Under the pieces are notes generated by a model, which was not told the DNA's origin, made no database searches, and worked only from the letters and a program-made list of their open reading frames with translations. From Cirrosporium novae-zelandiae (Eukaryota): a stretch of 64,000 nucleotides of DNA. The DNA lies in the NCBI GenBank assembly GCA_026023565.1, contig JAPETS010000007.1:806001-870000 (forward strand). The letters run 5' to 3'. The first letter of the stretch is position 1. Every line of letters starts with the position of its first letter. A program made the position numbers and the translations under genes. This document shows positions 21,292 to 33,935 of the stretch, in pieces.

Positions 21292-23877
21292 TCACCTGAT
21301 TTTCGGCAACGGCCCAGGAAATGTAGTGAGGTATGCCATGACCGTCGGATCCACAAGCTCTTCAAGCGTAAACATGTACAGCGGCGAGTCCTCCTCCTTC
21401 TGCTGCTGCACCTCGAGCTCCTCCTTCCTCTTGCAAAAAGCCCTCAGCTCCTTACAACCCACATCCCCCTTCTTCTCCAAAAACTCCTTCATGAGGTTCC
21501 CCGACCGCGTGAGCATCAGGCTGTGCGTCATCACCGACTTGATCCCCATCTGCAGGGCGGCCTTGCCCGAGTTCATTGCGGCTAAAAGAACGTATAGGGG
21601 GATACATGGGAGTTGGGACTCGTTTTCGATGTACTGCGGGCCGTTGTACTGGACGAGTTTGTCGTGTAGTTCGGTTCGGAGCGAGCGCAGGAGTTCGATG
21701 CATCGTCGGTGAAGGCCGAAGTAGTTGAAGATGAGTCTGTTCTCCTCGTCCTCGAGGCGTTCGCGCAGCGCAGCGAGGAGCTGCAGGGAGCTCATTTTGT
21801 GGGATTTTTCCCATTGTCGTTGCAGGAGAAGCTCACCGGTTCTGGGACGGTGGGCCTTGGTGGTGGCATCTGCATTGGTTAGTTCGTTGAGGAGCTTTTC
21901 GATGTTATAGACGGAAATGTCGATGGAACCGTTGTTGCAGTACCGGCTTTTGAAAACCTCGGAGACGATGGATGTGTCTTTGAGACCCCGTGGTCCGCTC
22001 TTGGATATTATGTGGTTGAGACTGTCGGGCCGTTTTGTACCCCCTCGAAAGGAAATGGCCCCGGGAGCAACACCCATGGTGAGACAGGCCTTTTTGTACG
22101 AGTCTTCGACAGTTTTGGGCTTGGCACCAAAGAAAATTCGTTCTTCGCCGTGGAATTGAATCAACTTTTCCATGTCTGGCCAGTTTAGAGTTACCACGCC
22201 GGTTTGCTGGACCGCATTCAACAGATAGATCAGATAGACGACGGTCCCCCATGCATTGACAAAGGTGATGCCCGCTTCTTGCATCTTGAGGTTGACATTG
22301 AACATGAGAAGGCCACAAACCAACGGGTGCCGTTCGTAGAACGAAAATTCTTGATGGTCCATGGATTGGACAGGGGCGGCATGCTTCTTGACTTCATAGA
22401 GGTTGTCCCTTGTAATCCAGAAATCAATCATTTCTTTTATCTGCTCGAGGCCTCTGTCGTTTCTTTTGGGCCACGTCCCTGGATATGGCAGCGATCGCGA
22501 GAGCTGGAAATGATCGTCAAGGATTTTTCGAGTTCGGAGACCCGCGAGACGGAGTTCCTGGAAGCCTTTCGATACATTTTCTCTCAAAACGTGGTGGATG
22601 TCCAAATGTACCTGAGTGGCAAAGGCAAGCCATAGAGGTATTTCACGAGTCTTGACCATCCGTCTCATACCTCGAGTAAATTCATCTTGTGATGGCATAT
22701 TCATGTCAAATTGCTCCAAGATTGCAAATTCAGGGAAAATCTCCAAAAGAATAATTTTATCTTCCTCCAATTTCTTTGCCGGTGACATCTTCGATCGGTC
22801 TTGAAGTGGATCGTATCTTCCAAAATGGCCAGGTTTGTAAAGAGGGATACAACCAGGCTCCAGTACTCGACAAAGCGCTTCCAGAAACTGGTACATAGGA
22901 ACATAAGACCATTCAGCTACGTCTGCAGCAGCTATATTGTAGATATCATCGGCTCGTTCACGGTAGCTAGGATCTTCTCCTCGAAGATAACATGCTGTAG
23001 CAAATAGGCTTTGGGATAGGTCTATCCACTCTGTGTATTGTGGATAAGAAGCCAAACACTCCTCGGTGATTTGGCGAACGAGATCGCAAGCGGTATTTGT
23101 GGTAATGGATGCACTCATCAAATCAGTATTCCCAGATTTATAATCAGCCCATATCTGTTGTATGAACTCTCGTATGTTGTGCATATCTTCAAAGAGGCAG
23201 TACACCTCAAATAATATAGACAAGATATCAATCTCTTTTTCATTATTTCCTTCACCTTCATCGACTTCAAAGGTTTGAGTCTGCGGTTCCTTCTTGCTGG
23301 TCATTTGGCTGTTACTAGTCATGTCAACATCGGTTTCTAGCTCTTCTGTCTCTAGTAAAGAGAATTTGTTGGCTAGCTCCTCCAAGGTCGGATTGTTGTC
23401 AACTTTTGGAGAGGAATCGGCTCGGAGCTTGTCTAGCTCCTTGTTGCTCAGTGGTGATAGTATTTCCAAAACCTCCTCAAACACAGTTATGAAGTACTGA
23501 TGCCCCTCGTCATTGTTGGTTACGTGCTTACTAAACCAGTTCGCACATCGCTTTCGTGCACCTATAGCACGTTGAGCGATACCGATGATGGCCAACGGCA
23601 CTTGGACAGCCTTTCCGGAGGTGGCAATTTGCTTAGCAAGAGAGGTAAATTCAGCCAAAGAGATCCTGTATTTGATGGGGGATGGGTTATCTTCATTGTT
23701 TTCCTTTTTCTTTTTATTCTTCTTTTTGCTCTTTTTCCCCCCACCTAGATTTGTGGTGGGTTGAGAGAATTCTTTCTGATAGCCGCATGTCTGAGCTGCT
23801 TTAACCAGCCAGGTGGTGAACCGATCAGTATCAGACTTGTAGCGTTTATAGCTACCGTATAGAAACTTGGGAAGCAT
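21292..23877 (-). CDS. DUF6604-like fungal hypothetical protein
   Basis: Intronless 861-aa ORF. N-terminal YKRYKSDTDRFTTWL followed by a Lys-rich stretch, AIGARKRCANWF, GHQYFI and HPLVCGL, all characteristic of this family. Confidence 0.75.
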   Translation of the reverse strand: MLPKFLYGSYKRYKSDTDRFTTWLVKAAQTCGYQKEFSQPTTNLGGGKKSKKKNKKKKENNEDNPSPIKYRISLAEFTSLAKQIATSGKAVQVPLAIIGIAQRAIGARKRCANWFSKHVTNNDEGHQYFITVFEEVLEILSPLSNKELDKLRADSSPKVDNNPTLEELANKFSLLETEELETDVDMTSNSQMTSKKEPQTQTFEVDEGEGNNEKEIDILSILFEVYCLFEDMHNIREFIQQIWADYKSGNTDLMSASITTNTACDLVRQITEECLASYPQYTEWIDLSQSLFATACYLRGEDPSYRERADDIYNIAAADVAEWSYVPMYQFLEALCRVLEPGCIPLYKPGHFGRYDPLQDRSKMSPAKKLEEDKIILLEIFPEFAILEQFDMNMPSQDEFTRGMRRMVKTREIPLWLAFATQVHLDIHHVLRENVSKGFQELRLAGLRTRKILDDHFQLSRSLPYPGTWPKRNDRGLEQIKEMIDFWITRDNLYEVKKHAAPVQSMDHQEFSFYERHPLVCGLLMFNVNLKMQEAGITFVNAWGTVVYLIYLLNAVQQTGVVTLNWPDMEKLIQFHGEERIFFGAKPKTVEDSYKKACLTMGVAPGAISFRGGTKRPDSLNHIISKSGPRGLKDTSIVSEVFKSRYCNNGSIDISVYNIEKLLNELTNADATTKAHRPRTGELLLQRQWEKSHKMSSLQLLAALRERLEDEENRLIFNYFGLHRRCIELLRSLRTELHDKLVQYNGPQYIENESQLPCIPLYVLLAAMNSGKAALQMGIKSVMTHSLMLTRSGNLMKEFLEKKGDVGCKELRAFCKRKEELEVQQQKEEDSPLYMFTLEELVDPTVMAYLTTFPGPLPKIR

Positions 23878-24299
23878 TTTAAAAATCCTAGAAATGATAA
23901 AGCAGCCTCAGCTGAGGACCTGTGACAGGTCAGATCTGCCCCGAATGATTGAGGTGTTGGCTTCCTCCAAGGTTGTTGTTAGTTGGGGTTGTCGGACAAG
24001 GTGTCAAGGTAATTGTGGGGAATAATCGCTAACTTTATCTTATCTTATCTCTTCCAGTCATCATCTGTTATCTTATCCTATCACATCTACATCAATTCGA
24101 TCATTCTTCTATTCTACCTGTAATTTCTAATCCCTCGTTATAACACAGCGGTAAGCGCCTGATCCTTGAAACAAATTGTCACCTCCATCACCGACCAGCA
24201 AACTATAATACCACATGATAATAAAAAAACAAAATGTCCAACGTACATGGATTATTTTTGAGATATCCACAACTGCTAGGCAAATCCCAAGATTTTTAT

Positions 24300-26268
24300 T
24301 CACCCCCATGTCGATATAATTCTTAGATTCCGTGCTAGTTGATATTTCATCCATTCCGCCTGCCCCTCTCTAAGGCGAAATCCTTGGCCCAAAATGTATT
24401 GAAAGTATGGAACCAAGTTCCATGCCACAAAAACGGCGATAGTTCGTTTCGCCATCAGAGGCAGGGAGGGGTCGTCAATATCATTAGCGCCAGCTATGTG
24501 ACCCGATCGTGGCATTCCTTGGGGGCAGTATTGAAGGGGAGCACTGGAACAGACACCGTCAACTAGCGACTGAATAATGGCGTAACTTTCTCGAATGTCG
24601 CAAGAGATTTGGGACTCCTCAAGTCTGGATGCACATTTGATAATCACCGAGTGAACCAGCATTCGATAGCAGCGATAACGATTCCAGGTCAATACAACGA
24701 ATGGGTCAGGATAAATATCGTATGTCCCATTGTAAACAAGGGAATCTTTGTCCTTATCCATGGGCTGAGCAACAGTTACTGGTATCCAAGCTGGAGGGAT
24801 CGAATCAGGCCAGCTTGAAATGGCTTCTTCGGCCTTGAGAGCCTCTCGGAAGAGGGTAATGATTTCCTCCATCTTAGCTGTAGAGAGAGCTGTCTCCATC
24901 CTGGCTTGTAATGGTATGACCCCGACGGATAATGTGTTGAGGAGAGATTCGGGATCATCTTGGCCGCGTTCATCCACAACTGACTCGGATAAAATATCCA
25001 AGTTTTCATTAGCTGGACCAAGAGACGAGCTGGGCCAAACCGATGACCAAACAGCATGACGTATCTAGAGTGTGTTAGGGCTAGGTAGCTTTACAAAAGT
25101 AGAATAAATTGCTACTCACAAGCTCACTTTGCACTGCAATTGCCAAGTGGCGAGATATTTCAGTAGCAGATTGCACACCTCCACGGTGTTTGACCAGGGC
25201 TGCTGCTCCCTGGATATGAGTTGGTGGCACTGGTTTCCCGCATTTGATGCCTTTGACGTGCTTTATGGCCATTTAGTAATGATACTGGTACCAAATATTG
25301 TCACTTGTGCATTGGATGTTAAATGAAATGGCCGTCTGAAGAAAGCCAGGACCGAATTGAAAACCACGGTTAGAAAGATGTCAAATCTCTCGATTGAAGG
25401 ATTTAATTTTGGTAGAGATCTATATTCACGCAGAACACACCCAAGACATTAAGACAAAGGTTTCAAGCCAGCTTAGACTGAGTTGTGCAAACTGCAAACC
25501 ACCCCTCGATTCAAGAAAACGACAAAAATCAATGGAAGTTGGATACGAACCTCATATGCTACTAAGAGTAAGACGGCCATCAAAGTCTCATCGCTCCGAC
25601 TCTCTACTGGATCTTGAATTGCAATCCTTGTGGCTGATATTGCTTTGGAGAAGTAAAGGTCTCCCCTCATTTTGTCCGTATTTCTACCATTTAAACCACC
25701 AAAGGCAGAGAGCGAGACTGCGGTAGTGGCCAAGGAGAGGAGTGAGCCATTTCTGGCTTTTAAGTATGATGAAAGCAAATAGTCGGCAAATCCTCGACGA
25801 ATTCGGGGATCTCGAGGAGATAAGATATAGGTATTGAAGAAAAATGACAAAGCTTGTTGTTCTGGCGGAATCTGCAGGATGTCTCTGATGGGATGTGATC
25901 CTGGCCAGCCGTCACCCACCGTACTCAGTGTTGTATCTGAAGGATAGGGCCTCTTCTTGCCAGAGCACTCTATAATCTGAGTTGACTCTACTGGTTCTTT
26001 TTTGGGTTCTAATTTGTCCTTGTTTCGATACCTGTGTTGAACGTCGGCGGTACTGTCCTTTAGCATTAAATCAAAGCTATCTTTGTATCCAGGACATTTC
26101 CACCCAGATCTGACACATTTTCCACACTCCGGGGAAGTTTCGTCACACTATACTCAGAAGTAAGCGTGCATGTTCTCGGAAATGTCAATCTTCATAACCA
26201 TGGCTTACTTTGATATGGCGCTTTTTGCAATTGGCACAACCTCGGCTCGGTTTTCCCCTGTACACCAT
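24300..26268 (-). CDS. Zn(II)2Cys6 transcription factor with fungal-specific TF domain, multi-exon
   Basis: MVYRGKPSRGCANCKKRHIK, then an intron, then CDETSPECGKCVRSGWKCPGY. Downstream exons contain DETLMAVLLL, HIQGAAALVKHRG and WNRYRCYR. Confidence 0.85.
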
Positions 26269-26910
26269 AGTTTCGCTCGGACCAACCGAGTCGCACAAAA
26301 TCTTAGAGGGGTAATATTTGATGGGATGAGGCTCAATGCAGCATAGCGTAAGGTACCGAGGTCGTTTTAGCAATGAATGGGTCGAGGGAAACGTAGGCTG
26401 ATCATACAGTGCTGGTGGCGAGATGTGAGGAAGGCAAAGTACTATGTCAGAACTAAACAAAAACTTCGGAAGACCGAAGAACCGAGACCCGAAGTTTAGG
26501 CATCCTTCTAATTATCTCCGACTTCATTCTATCTGGAAAACCTTACGAGGAGGCATGAAATGCGATCTTATCTTATCTGATGGATCATTTACCACAAAAT
26601 CATTCTTGAAGCAACGCTTTTTATTCACTCTTTTGGTTTTCTAAAAGCTAATAATACATCATTGAAGCGTCTTAACAAGTCATGAAATAAAATAAGTAGA
26701 GATGATTCGTTTGGTCAATGATGGTTCCCAGAACTGAGTTTGATCCCTGCTAGTCCATAGAGGGCGAGATATATCAAGAATGATGCTGTAGCCAAATGAG
26801 CGCTGCCTGCATCGCTCGTAACTCATATATGTACTTCCGAAACACATCAATGGAGCGACCTGCGCATTCGACCAAACCAAACATCATCCACTCGACTAAT
26901 AGATAACCAT

Positions 26911-28306
26911 CTAGAAGTTGGAGCTGGCTTTATAGGAAGTTCCACTGGAAACACCAACATCGCTAACCTTGACCACATTTCCTTCTGAGCTAGTCACTCT
27001 CACATCAACGGTATCGGTTCCGAATCCACTATCATTCTCGAAGAAGTTGTAATCGGTTCGGGTGGTGTTTTGCCATGTGCTTCCACTATCGGTAGAGACT
27101 TCGAGGGTTGCGACAGGCTCATTGGCATTGACAACTTGCATGCTGAACCAGTATTCAGAGGTGCCTTCTTTGTTGTGGAGGGTAATGACACCGGTGATAG
27201 GGCACTCGACATATTTCCACGTGACATCAATGATACCCTCCGAAATATCGGCGAGTTCAGCAAAGGCGTCCTGGAAAAGATCCAGGTGATTTGAACCACA
27301 TTCGGGGCACTCATCCACGATCTAGAAGGTAGGTTAGTTACGTCTCATAAAGAATTGATAGCAGTCATGAACATACCATGGCAGTGATGTTGTCACCATC
27401 AGGACCAGTGACCTCAATGCAAGCACCGCAGTTTGCGGAAGTGTCCCAATTGGACGATGATAGTGCGGTACCATAGAGGTTAGAGGGCAGAGTATAGGTG
27501 GAGAAAGAGCAGGCTCCGCCTTCAACATTACCGCCGTAGAAGGTGGCTTCGCCAGAAACAGAATCGCTGAGGGCGACGAGGCTCGAAGAGTCTGAGCTGG
27601 AAACGCTCGATGCAGCCGCGGATGTAGCAGATGAGGCAACAACTGCACTGGAAGCAGCAACAACGGAGGATGCGGCGACAGCTGAAGTAGAGACGGCGGC
27701 TTGTGCCACGCTGACGCTTGAACTAGCAGCTACATAAACAGAGCTGAAGGTGGAGCTAGGTGCGACATAGACCGAGCTGTATGCTGACGAGGCGGCTACA
27801 GCGGCGGCAGAGGTGTAAACGGCCGAGCTGGCGGGAGCTACATATGAACTGGCAACGGCAGAACTCACCGCAGCGACATATGAGCTAACGACCGCCGAAC
27901 TTTCTGGAGCTACATATGAACTGGCAACAGCGGAACTCGCTGGTGCGACATATGAGCTATAGGCGGCCGAGGTTGCTACCGGTGCGGCAGAACTGACGGC
28001 AACAGAAGCTGCTGCGCTGGTCGCTTCCGATTCACCTGTAACTGTGATGGTCTTGTCGACGACCTCGGTGACATAAAAGGTTTCCTGAACACAAGCGGAA
28101 GATGAAGCAAATCCAGCTGACCCAGAAGCAGCTGCTACTACCGCAACTTGAGATGTGACAGGTGTGGCTTCGGCAGTAACGGTAAGGGTGACTTGGTTGG
28201 TGACGGTGACGGTAGCGGCGCTTTGAGAACCGGCTACACAATCTTGGGCGGATGCGAAAGACGCGCTGGCACCCAGGCCAAGAGCTGTAAGACGTTGGAA
28301 CTTCAT
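26911..28306 (-). CDS. Secreted expansin-like protein (DPBB + CBM63-like domains) with Ser/Ala-rich linker
   Basis: Signal peptide MKFQRLTALGLGASASFASA. Motifs GEATFYGGNVEGGACSF, CGACIEV, intron, VDECPECGSNHLDL, YWFSMQVVN and RTDYNFF. Internal SSAVASSYVAP repeats. Confidence 0.88.
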
Positions 28307-29326
28307 GGTTTTTCGATTGTTGGTTTTTTGGTTGTTTTGTTTTCCTAAAATGCCAGACGATCAACGTCAAGAAAGTTGTAAATTGGTTTTCAAAGAATGA
28401 GAAAGAAGTATATTTGGTTAAAGAGAGTGTTCTCTGTAGAATCAGAGTAAGGCTTGCTGCTCCAGACAGGTATGCGCAAGGAAAAGTAAAGAGAACATTA
28501 TAGCAGGGAAAACGGCCGTCTTTGTATAGCACTCGAGGATGGGAATTGATGATCCCCTCAATATTGTATATGAAACACCCATGTTGGATGAGGTTGTTCA
28601 CCCGAAGGCTAGATCGCGTATAGATAGTTAATAGTCGGTTGGAATTCCTTAGTCTTCCAGATCTCGTACGATGCCTGTCAATAGTATTGTACTAGGTAAT
28701 TTTATTATTGCGGTCAGGTTCATATAATTTTGATTGATTTAATACGGAATAACTCACAGCGTCCAGTTGAGTTCCAGACTGATTTGCAGGCAGAGGAGAG
28801 AGACTACCTCCTTGTCGGTGGTTGGATGAGGGAGTTGTTGAAACAGGACTGAAGGAATTGAAACCATTGAAACAAGGCCGAGAAAAGCCATTCGTAGGCT
28901 TTTCGATTAGACCATGACAGCCATTGTTTCCAAAGCTTCTAACTCCAGTAAAGGCTTTCTGACCAATGTGACCTTAAAAGGTCTTGGTCCCCCCATCTTC
29001 CCATCTTCAACCATCACCTGAAGTCTGAAGTTGGTCTGTGTTCTTTTTCCCTTCTTTTTTAATTCCCCTGTCCCTGCCCCTGCCCCTTTGTCCTACCTTG
29101 TGCACATCCACATGAAGGACCAAGCACCCATATCTGATTATATGATATGCACAATCATCTAAAAACCTTCTAGTCTTTTCTATTTCTAAATGAGGAGATT
29201 ACACTGAGAACTCTTTGGATTCAGGATCGTTTGTTCCCAATGAGGATGACCAAGTTCAATAAATCCGTCTCGACTAGGGTGCCAAGGTACGAATCCTTTT
29301 GGAGCCTTCGCTTAGACAAAACATCC

Positions 29327-29328
<2 letters not shown>

Positions 29329-29378
<50 letters not shown>
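29329..29378. repeat. (TG)25 microsatellite
   Basis: Perfect dinucleotide repeat. Confidence 0.95.
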
Positions 29379-29379
<1 letters not shown>

Positions 29380-29736
29380 ACCGTCCTATTGAGGCTTAGG
29401 TTAAGCCCTGACCGTTGATGAGTAATGATGCCCCCCAACTTAAACCCAAATCAGCCAAGTGCACACAGACACTAGTTATGTACTTCTCTCTATGCATCGG
29501 CCCGGGCCGCCCTATCGTCAATCATCATCAATCAGTTCACAAGGAATTGAATTGAAGCTCTGTGTCGGTATTCGGTATTATCGGCATTAGGAACTCTTTC
29601 AATTAATAATGATGATTATTCATTGTTAAATGTCCATATGTTGTTGCAATTAATATTTAATTATATTATTCATCTCTACTTTTATTAAAAGCTTCCCAAA
29701 TTTGAATAATTGATTTGAGCATATTCAAGCGTCAAT

Positions 29737-31029
29737 ATGTCTACCTCTGTTGCACCGCCTCCGCTCGGCATTCCCTCCTCCGAGGCCACTGTCAATGTCC
29801 GAATCATCGATTCCACTGCTCGTGTGCGTGTGCCCAAAGATATGTTCCTCTCTCCAAAAATCTCTGGCCATACCCACGTCAATTGCCCCACCTTTTCCTT
29901 CCTTGTCGAGCATGCTTCGGGTCGAAGGATATTGTTTGACTTAGGCGGCAAGAAGGATTGGACAAATCTAGCGCCGGTTGTTGTGAAGCAGTTGACGGCT
30001 GTTAATGCGACGATTACTATCGAGAAGAATGTTGTCGAGATTTTAGAGGAGAATGGGGTCAAAGCGGAGAGCATTGAAGCCATTGTATGGAGGTACGTTT
30101 GTAGAACCCCATCATTGGTTACCAGATGGATTAGCACCGAAACAAGTTCTGGAATTGGTCGGAGGAGGCCACTGTAATATCTGCATTATATATTGGCTTC
30201 TAAGATTGCGACCATCTGAACCATGGTGCTGGTGACTGTCGGGGCCAATAACAGATCGATTCGAGTGTGTTGACTCGACCTTTATGGCAGCCACTGGCAT
30301 TGGGATCACACAGGAGATCCTTCCACATTCCCTCCCAGCACCAATCTCATTGTCGGACCTGGCTTCAAAGACGCCTTTTATCCCGGCGCACCCGCGAATC
30401 CCGAATGTCCCATCCTAGAATCCGCATATACCGGCCGCAACCTGATTGAACTTCCCCTCGATGACTTTAAACAGAAGTTGGGTCGCTTTCAAGCTCTTGA
30501 CTACTTCGGTGATGGTTCATTCTACCTACTCTCCGCACCCGGCCATGCTATCGGTCATCTCTGTGGTTTAGCACGTACCACTACCGAGCCTGGTACCTAC
30601 GTCTTGATGGGCGCCGATACTGCGCATCACGGTGGTCAATTCCGGCCCACGCCATATCTCCCTTTGCCATCGTCCATCCTCCCAAATCCATTAGATTTTT
30701 ATTCTCATACGCCATGCCCCGGCGCCCTATTTGAAAGAATTCACCCGAAGCGCACAACAATAGCCCCCTTCTATGGCATCGCTGGTGATGGGGTCGTACA
30801 CGAGATCAAGGAAGCAAGGGAGGCCATCGAAAAGTTGGAAGAGTTTGATGGACATACAGACCAGGTATTTGTAATTGTAGCGCATGATGATACGGTGTTG
30901 GATATAGTGGATTTCTTTCCCAAGAATCTGAATGCCTGGAAGGAAAACGGCTGGGCGGAGAAAGTGAGATGGCGGTTCCTGAAAGATTTCAAGGAAGCGG
31001 TATCTGAGCAGGAGAAGGAAGGGAAGTGA
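29737..31029 (+). CDS. Metallo-beta-lactamase-fold hydrolase (lactonase/lactamase-like)
   Basis: Splicing intron 30093-30290 yields SHWHWDHTGD (HxHxDH). Also SFLVEH…LFDLG, DYFGDGSFYLLSAPGHAIGH, GADTAHH and VAHD. Confidence 0.88.
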
Positions 31030-31429
31030 TTGATGAGTAAAGAAATGATGTTGTCTCTGGAAAAGATGAATCAACAATCGACAAGGTAGTTGGCTCTCCT
31101 TCATGAATCTAATAATCCCATCTCCAAGAAATGATAAAATAACGGTGGTTCTACTGTGTGACTGTCGTATTTCGTATTTCGCATATCGTACACTAGTCTT
31201 CTTGTAGATTAGACCCAACCTGGAGAATCGTGATAAGATAAGCATTGTTTACCTTTGCCTTCAACTCAGATATGCTACTCGAGGAGAAAGATCAGAAAAG
31301 ACCCACATTTTGACATGGGTCTTAGCTGTCTGCATTTTAACTGACAATTTCCAGTTTTGTCGCTAGTTTTCCTTAGACTCTGCCTTCCCCCGTCGTTTTG
31401 CACTGCGCTAGCGGATAGAATTTAACTAC

Positions 31430-31526
31430 ACACAGCTAGTGTATAACTCCATATAGCTAGTGTATAAGTCCACATAGCTAGTGTATAACTCCACATAGCT
31501 AGTGTATAACTCCACATAGCTAGTGT
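31430..31526. repeat. 21-bp tandem repeat, about 4.5 copies, upstream of a TF gene
   Basis: Unit CACATAGCTAGTGTATAACTC repeated head to tail with 1-2 mismatches. Confidence 0.9.
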
Positions 31527-31649
31527 GCACCGGCCTCAAAAATGCGCCTTTTCTGACCTTTCAAGCATATATCATCACCATCAACATTGCCACCCGCTAT
31601 CTGCTGTCAGTGTATCACACCTCTTCCATTTACTTAAGAATTGTGGTAA

Positions 31650-32916
31650 ATGTCTGCCCGACGGCCCCATTCCAAGTCCCGCCTTGGCTGTGTGCAATGC
31701 AAGTCAAGACGAGTAAGGGTAAAGACCCCACCCCGATAACCATTGTTAAAATGTTTATTTTCTCTCATGGACCTATCACTAATGTTGGCTCTAGTGCGAC
31801 CTCGAGCATCCAACATGTCGGAATTGCACGCGATTCGGACGAACATGTACATTTCTAGCCACAGTGCCTCCCAGAAAATCTGCCAAATCCAACATGTCAT
31901 TAGCCACAACCTCTCCAGAATCGTCTAGCTGTTCAGACAGCTTGATGCCAATAAACCCCACCTCCAGTCTACAGTGTTATACTTACGACTTGGAGCTTAT
32001 GCATCATTTTTCCACCGAAACCTGCTTCACACTCTCCGATCCTGATGACCACTTCAACCATCTCTGGCAGATTGTTATCCCAAAAGACGCCTTCTTCTGT
32101 GATTATCTGAGGGATGGTTTACTGTCGCTTTCCGCAATACACTTTGTCAGCTGCTATCCAGACAAGAACAATCCATATTTGACGCTTGCTATAACTCACC
32201 AGAATACCGCAATATCATCCTATAGGCGAACACTAGGCAAGATCACCCCTGCTAATTGCAGTACTCTCTTTGCTTTCTCGGCTATCACCATTATATTTGC
32301 CCTTTCCTTTCCGCAACTACCTGGTTCGGCTCAGTTGGGTAGCCCTGTGGAGGAGTTTGCGAACGTCCTCTTGCTTATACACGGTGCCGGAGCTATTCTG
32401 AACACTTCACGGGAATGGATCAAACAGGGAGAACTTGGAGTGTATCTTCAGTCCGACCTAGGACGACCGGAAAACGTACCACCAAATATTCACAACGCTC
32501 TAGATTATTTGCAAAGACTTAATGAAGCAGAAACGTATGACGACCAAGTCAAGAAACTTTACTCTTCGATTCTCAGCCATCTTATGGTCTGTTATCAGCG
32601 GATGATGGCCAACCCGAAACGGAGAGGGTTATCTCTTGTCTGGGCACTCTATATTGAACCTGCATATGTGCCGTTAATCAAAGGAAAGCAGCCCATGGCG
32701 CTTCTTATACTTGCTCATTATATCGTTTCCTTAGACATGGAATCACGCTGGTGGTCAAGAGGATGGGCGGCCCAAATCATCCCAGATGTCTCTCGAATGC
32801 TGGGTGATGAATGGCAACATGCCATGCACTGGCCTATGGAGTGGGTGAAAACCTCTGATAATGCAGCTGGCTTCAATGCCCCTGAGACCAATGCCTTGGT
32901 TTATAATTGGAGTTGA
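31650..32916 (+). CDS. Zn(II)2Cys6 transcription factor (UPC2/sterol-uptake-regulator-like architecture)
   Basis: MSARRPHSKSRLGCVQCKSRRVR, intron 31719-31794, then CDLEHPTCRNCTRFGRTC in frame with the 31864 ORF. Also DLELMHHFSTET, LSLSAIH, PMALLILAHY, WWSRGW and WP. Confidence 0.88.
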
Positions 32917-33935
32917 ATATGGCCACTATAACGAGGTTTAGCCCAGCAGGCTTCGATATAACCAATTTTCTTGAATCATAGAATACCTTGGATGTTACTA
33001 GACTCGTTCCGCGACGAGATGTGCCGAGCCACCTTTGTCCTGACTACTCACCTTTTGCCCCAACGACTCTACTTCCCAGATCAAAGCTCTTGCAATATCT
33101 TTAATGTGATCCTGCTCTTGGTTTTGTGGAGTTTGGTTCTGAGTCGCCCTTCACAGTATTGATATTCAACTCCTATGATACGCATAGGAATTGATGGATA
33201 TTCAAGCTAGCTAATTCCAAAGGCGAGCTCTATTACTTCTCACCTCTGCGACGATCTCCATCATTACAATTTATAACAACTACCCAACAAGAGGTGCCAT
33301 CGCTTTCGCCTAGATGAGCTCTAGTTCCGTAACTACGATGTGCTTCCCGTGGATGGTCATCTCCCCAATTAACTAGATCACGCCCCGGTCTTTCGTACGT
33401 AAGGCGAATATGGGTTCAAAGGTAATATTTGTTTGGAGTAAGTTCTTACTATTTGAGATTGCTTCCTTGTTTGTGACACTGCTTTCATGTTCCCTCGTAT
33501 ATCGTATATTTCATGTTATATATATTTTATATTTGAAGATTGTATAAGAAAATTTATTTGTAATAAATGTACCATTATCCGCCGATTATTTGAAACCATT
33601 TTTACTGACCAATATTTTCTGTAGTTCGTGTTCGCTATGAGCTGTAGCCCCGAACCAGTCTTTAAAATTATTGAGCTACGGAATTATATAACAAATGTTT
33701 AGTGCTGGGTCGTGAGGACTATGCCTTGCACGATACAGACGACTTGTAGTCTATAGGTAAGCATCCTTTGGGTTATAGTTAATTTTGAGAAGAGGTTGCA
33801 AATGTCCCTTAGTGGATTTTATATAATCTCTTTGAACACCTAGAGATCAAGGTGACGTGCTGAACATTTTGGTGTCCGCTTAGATCAATAATTACATATC
33901 CACGCTTAGGTCAACAGACTATTCAAATGAATATC

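Noticed and set aside
31430..31526. CRISPR-like appearance of the 21-bp repeat (and of the 24-bp repeat at 18182)
   Set aside because: Units are contiguous with no unique spacers, there are no cas genes, and the context is eukaryotic.
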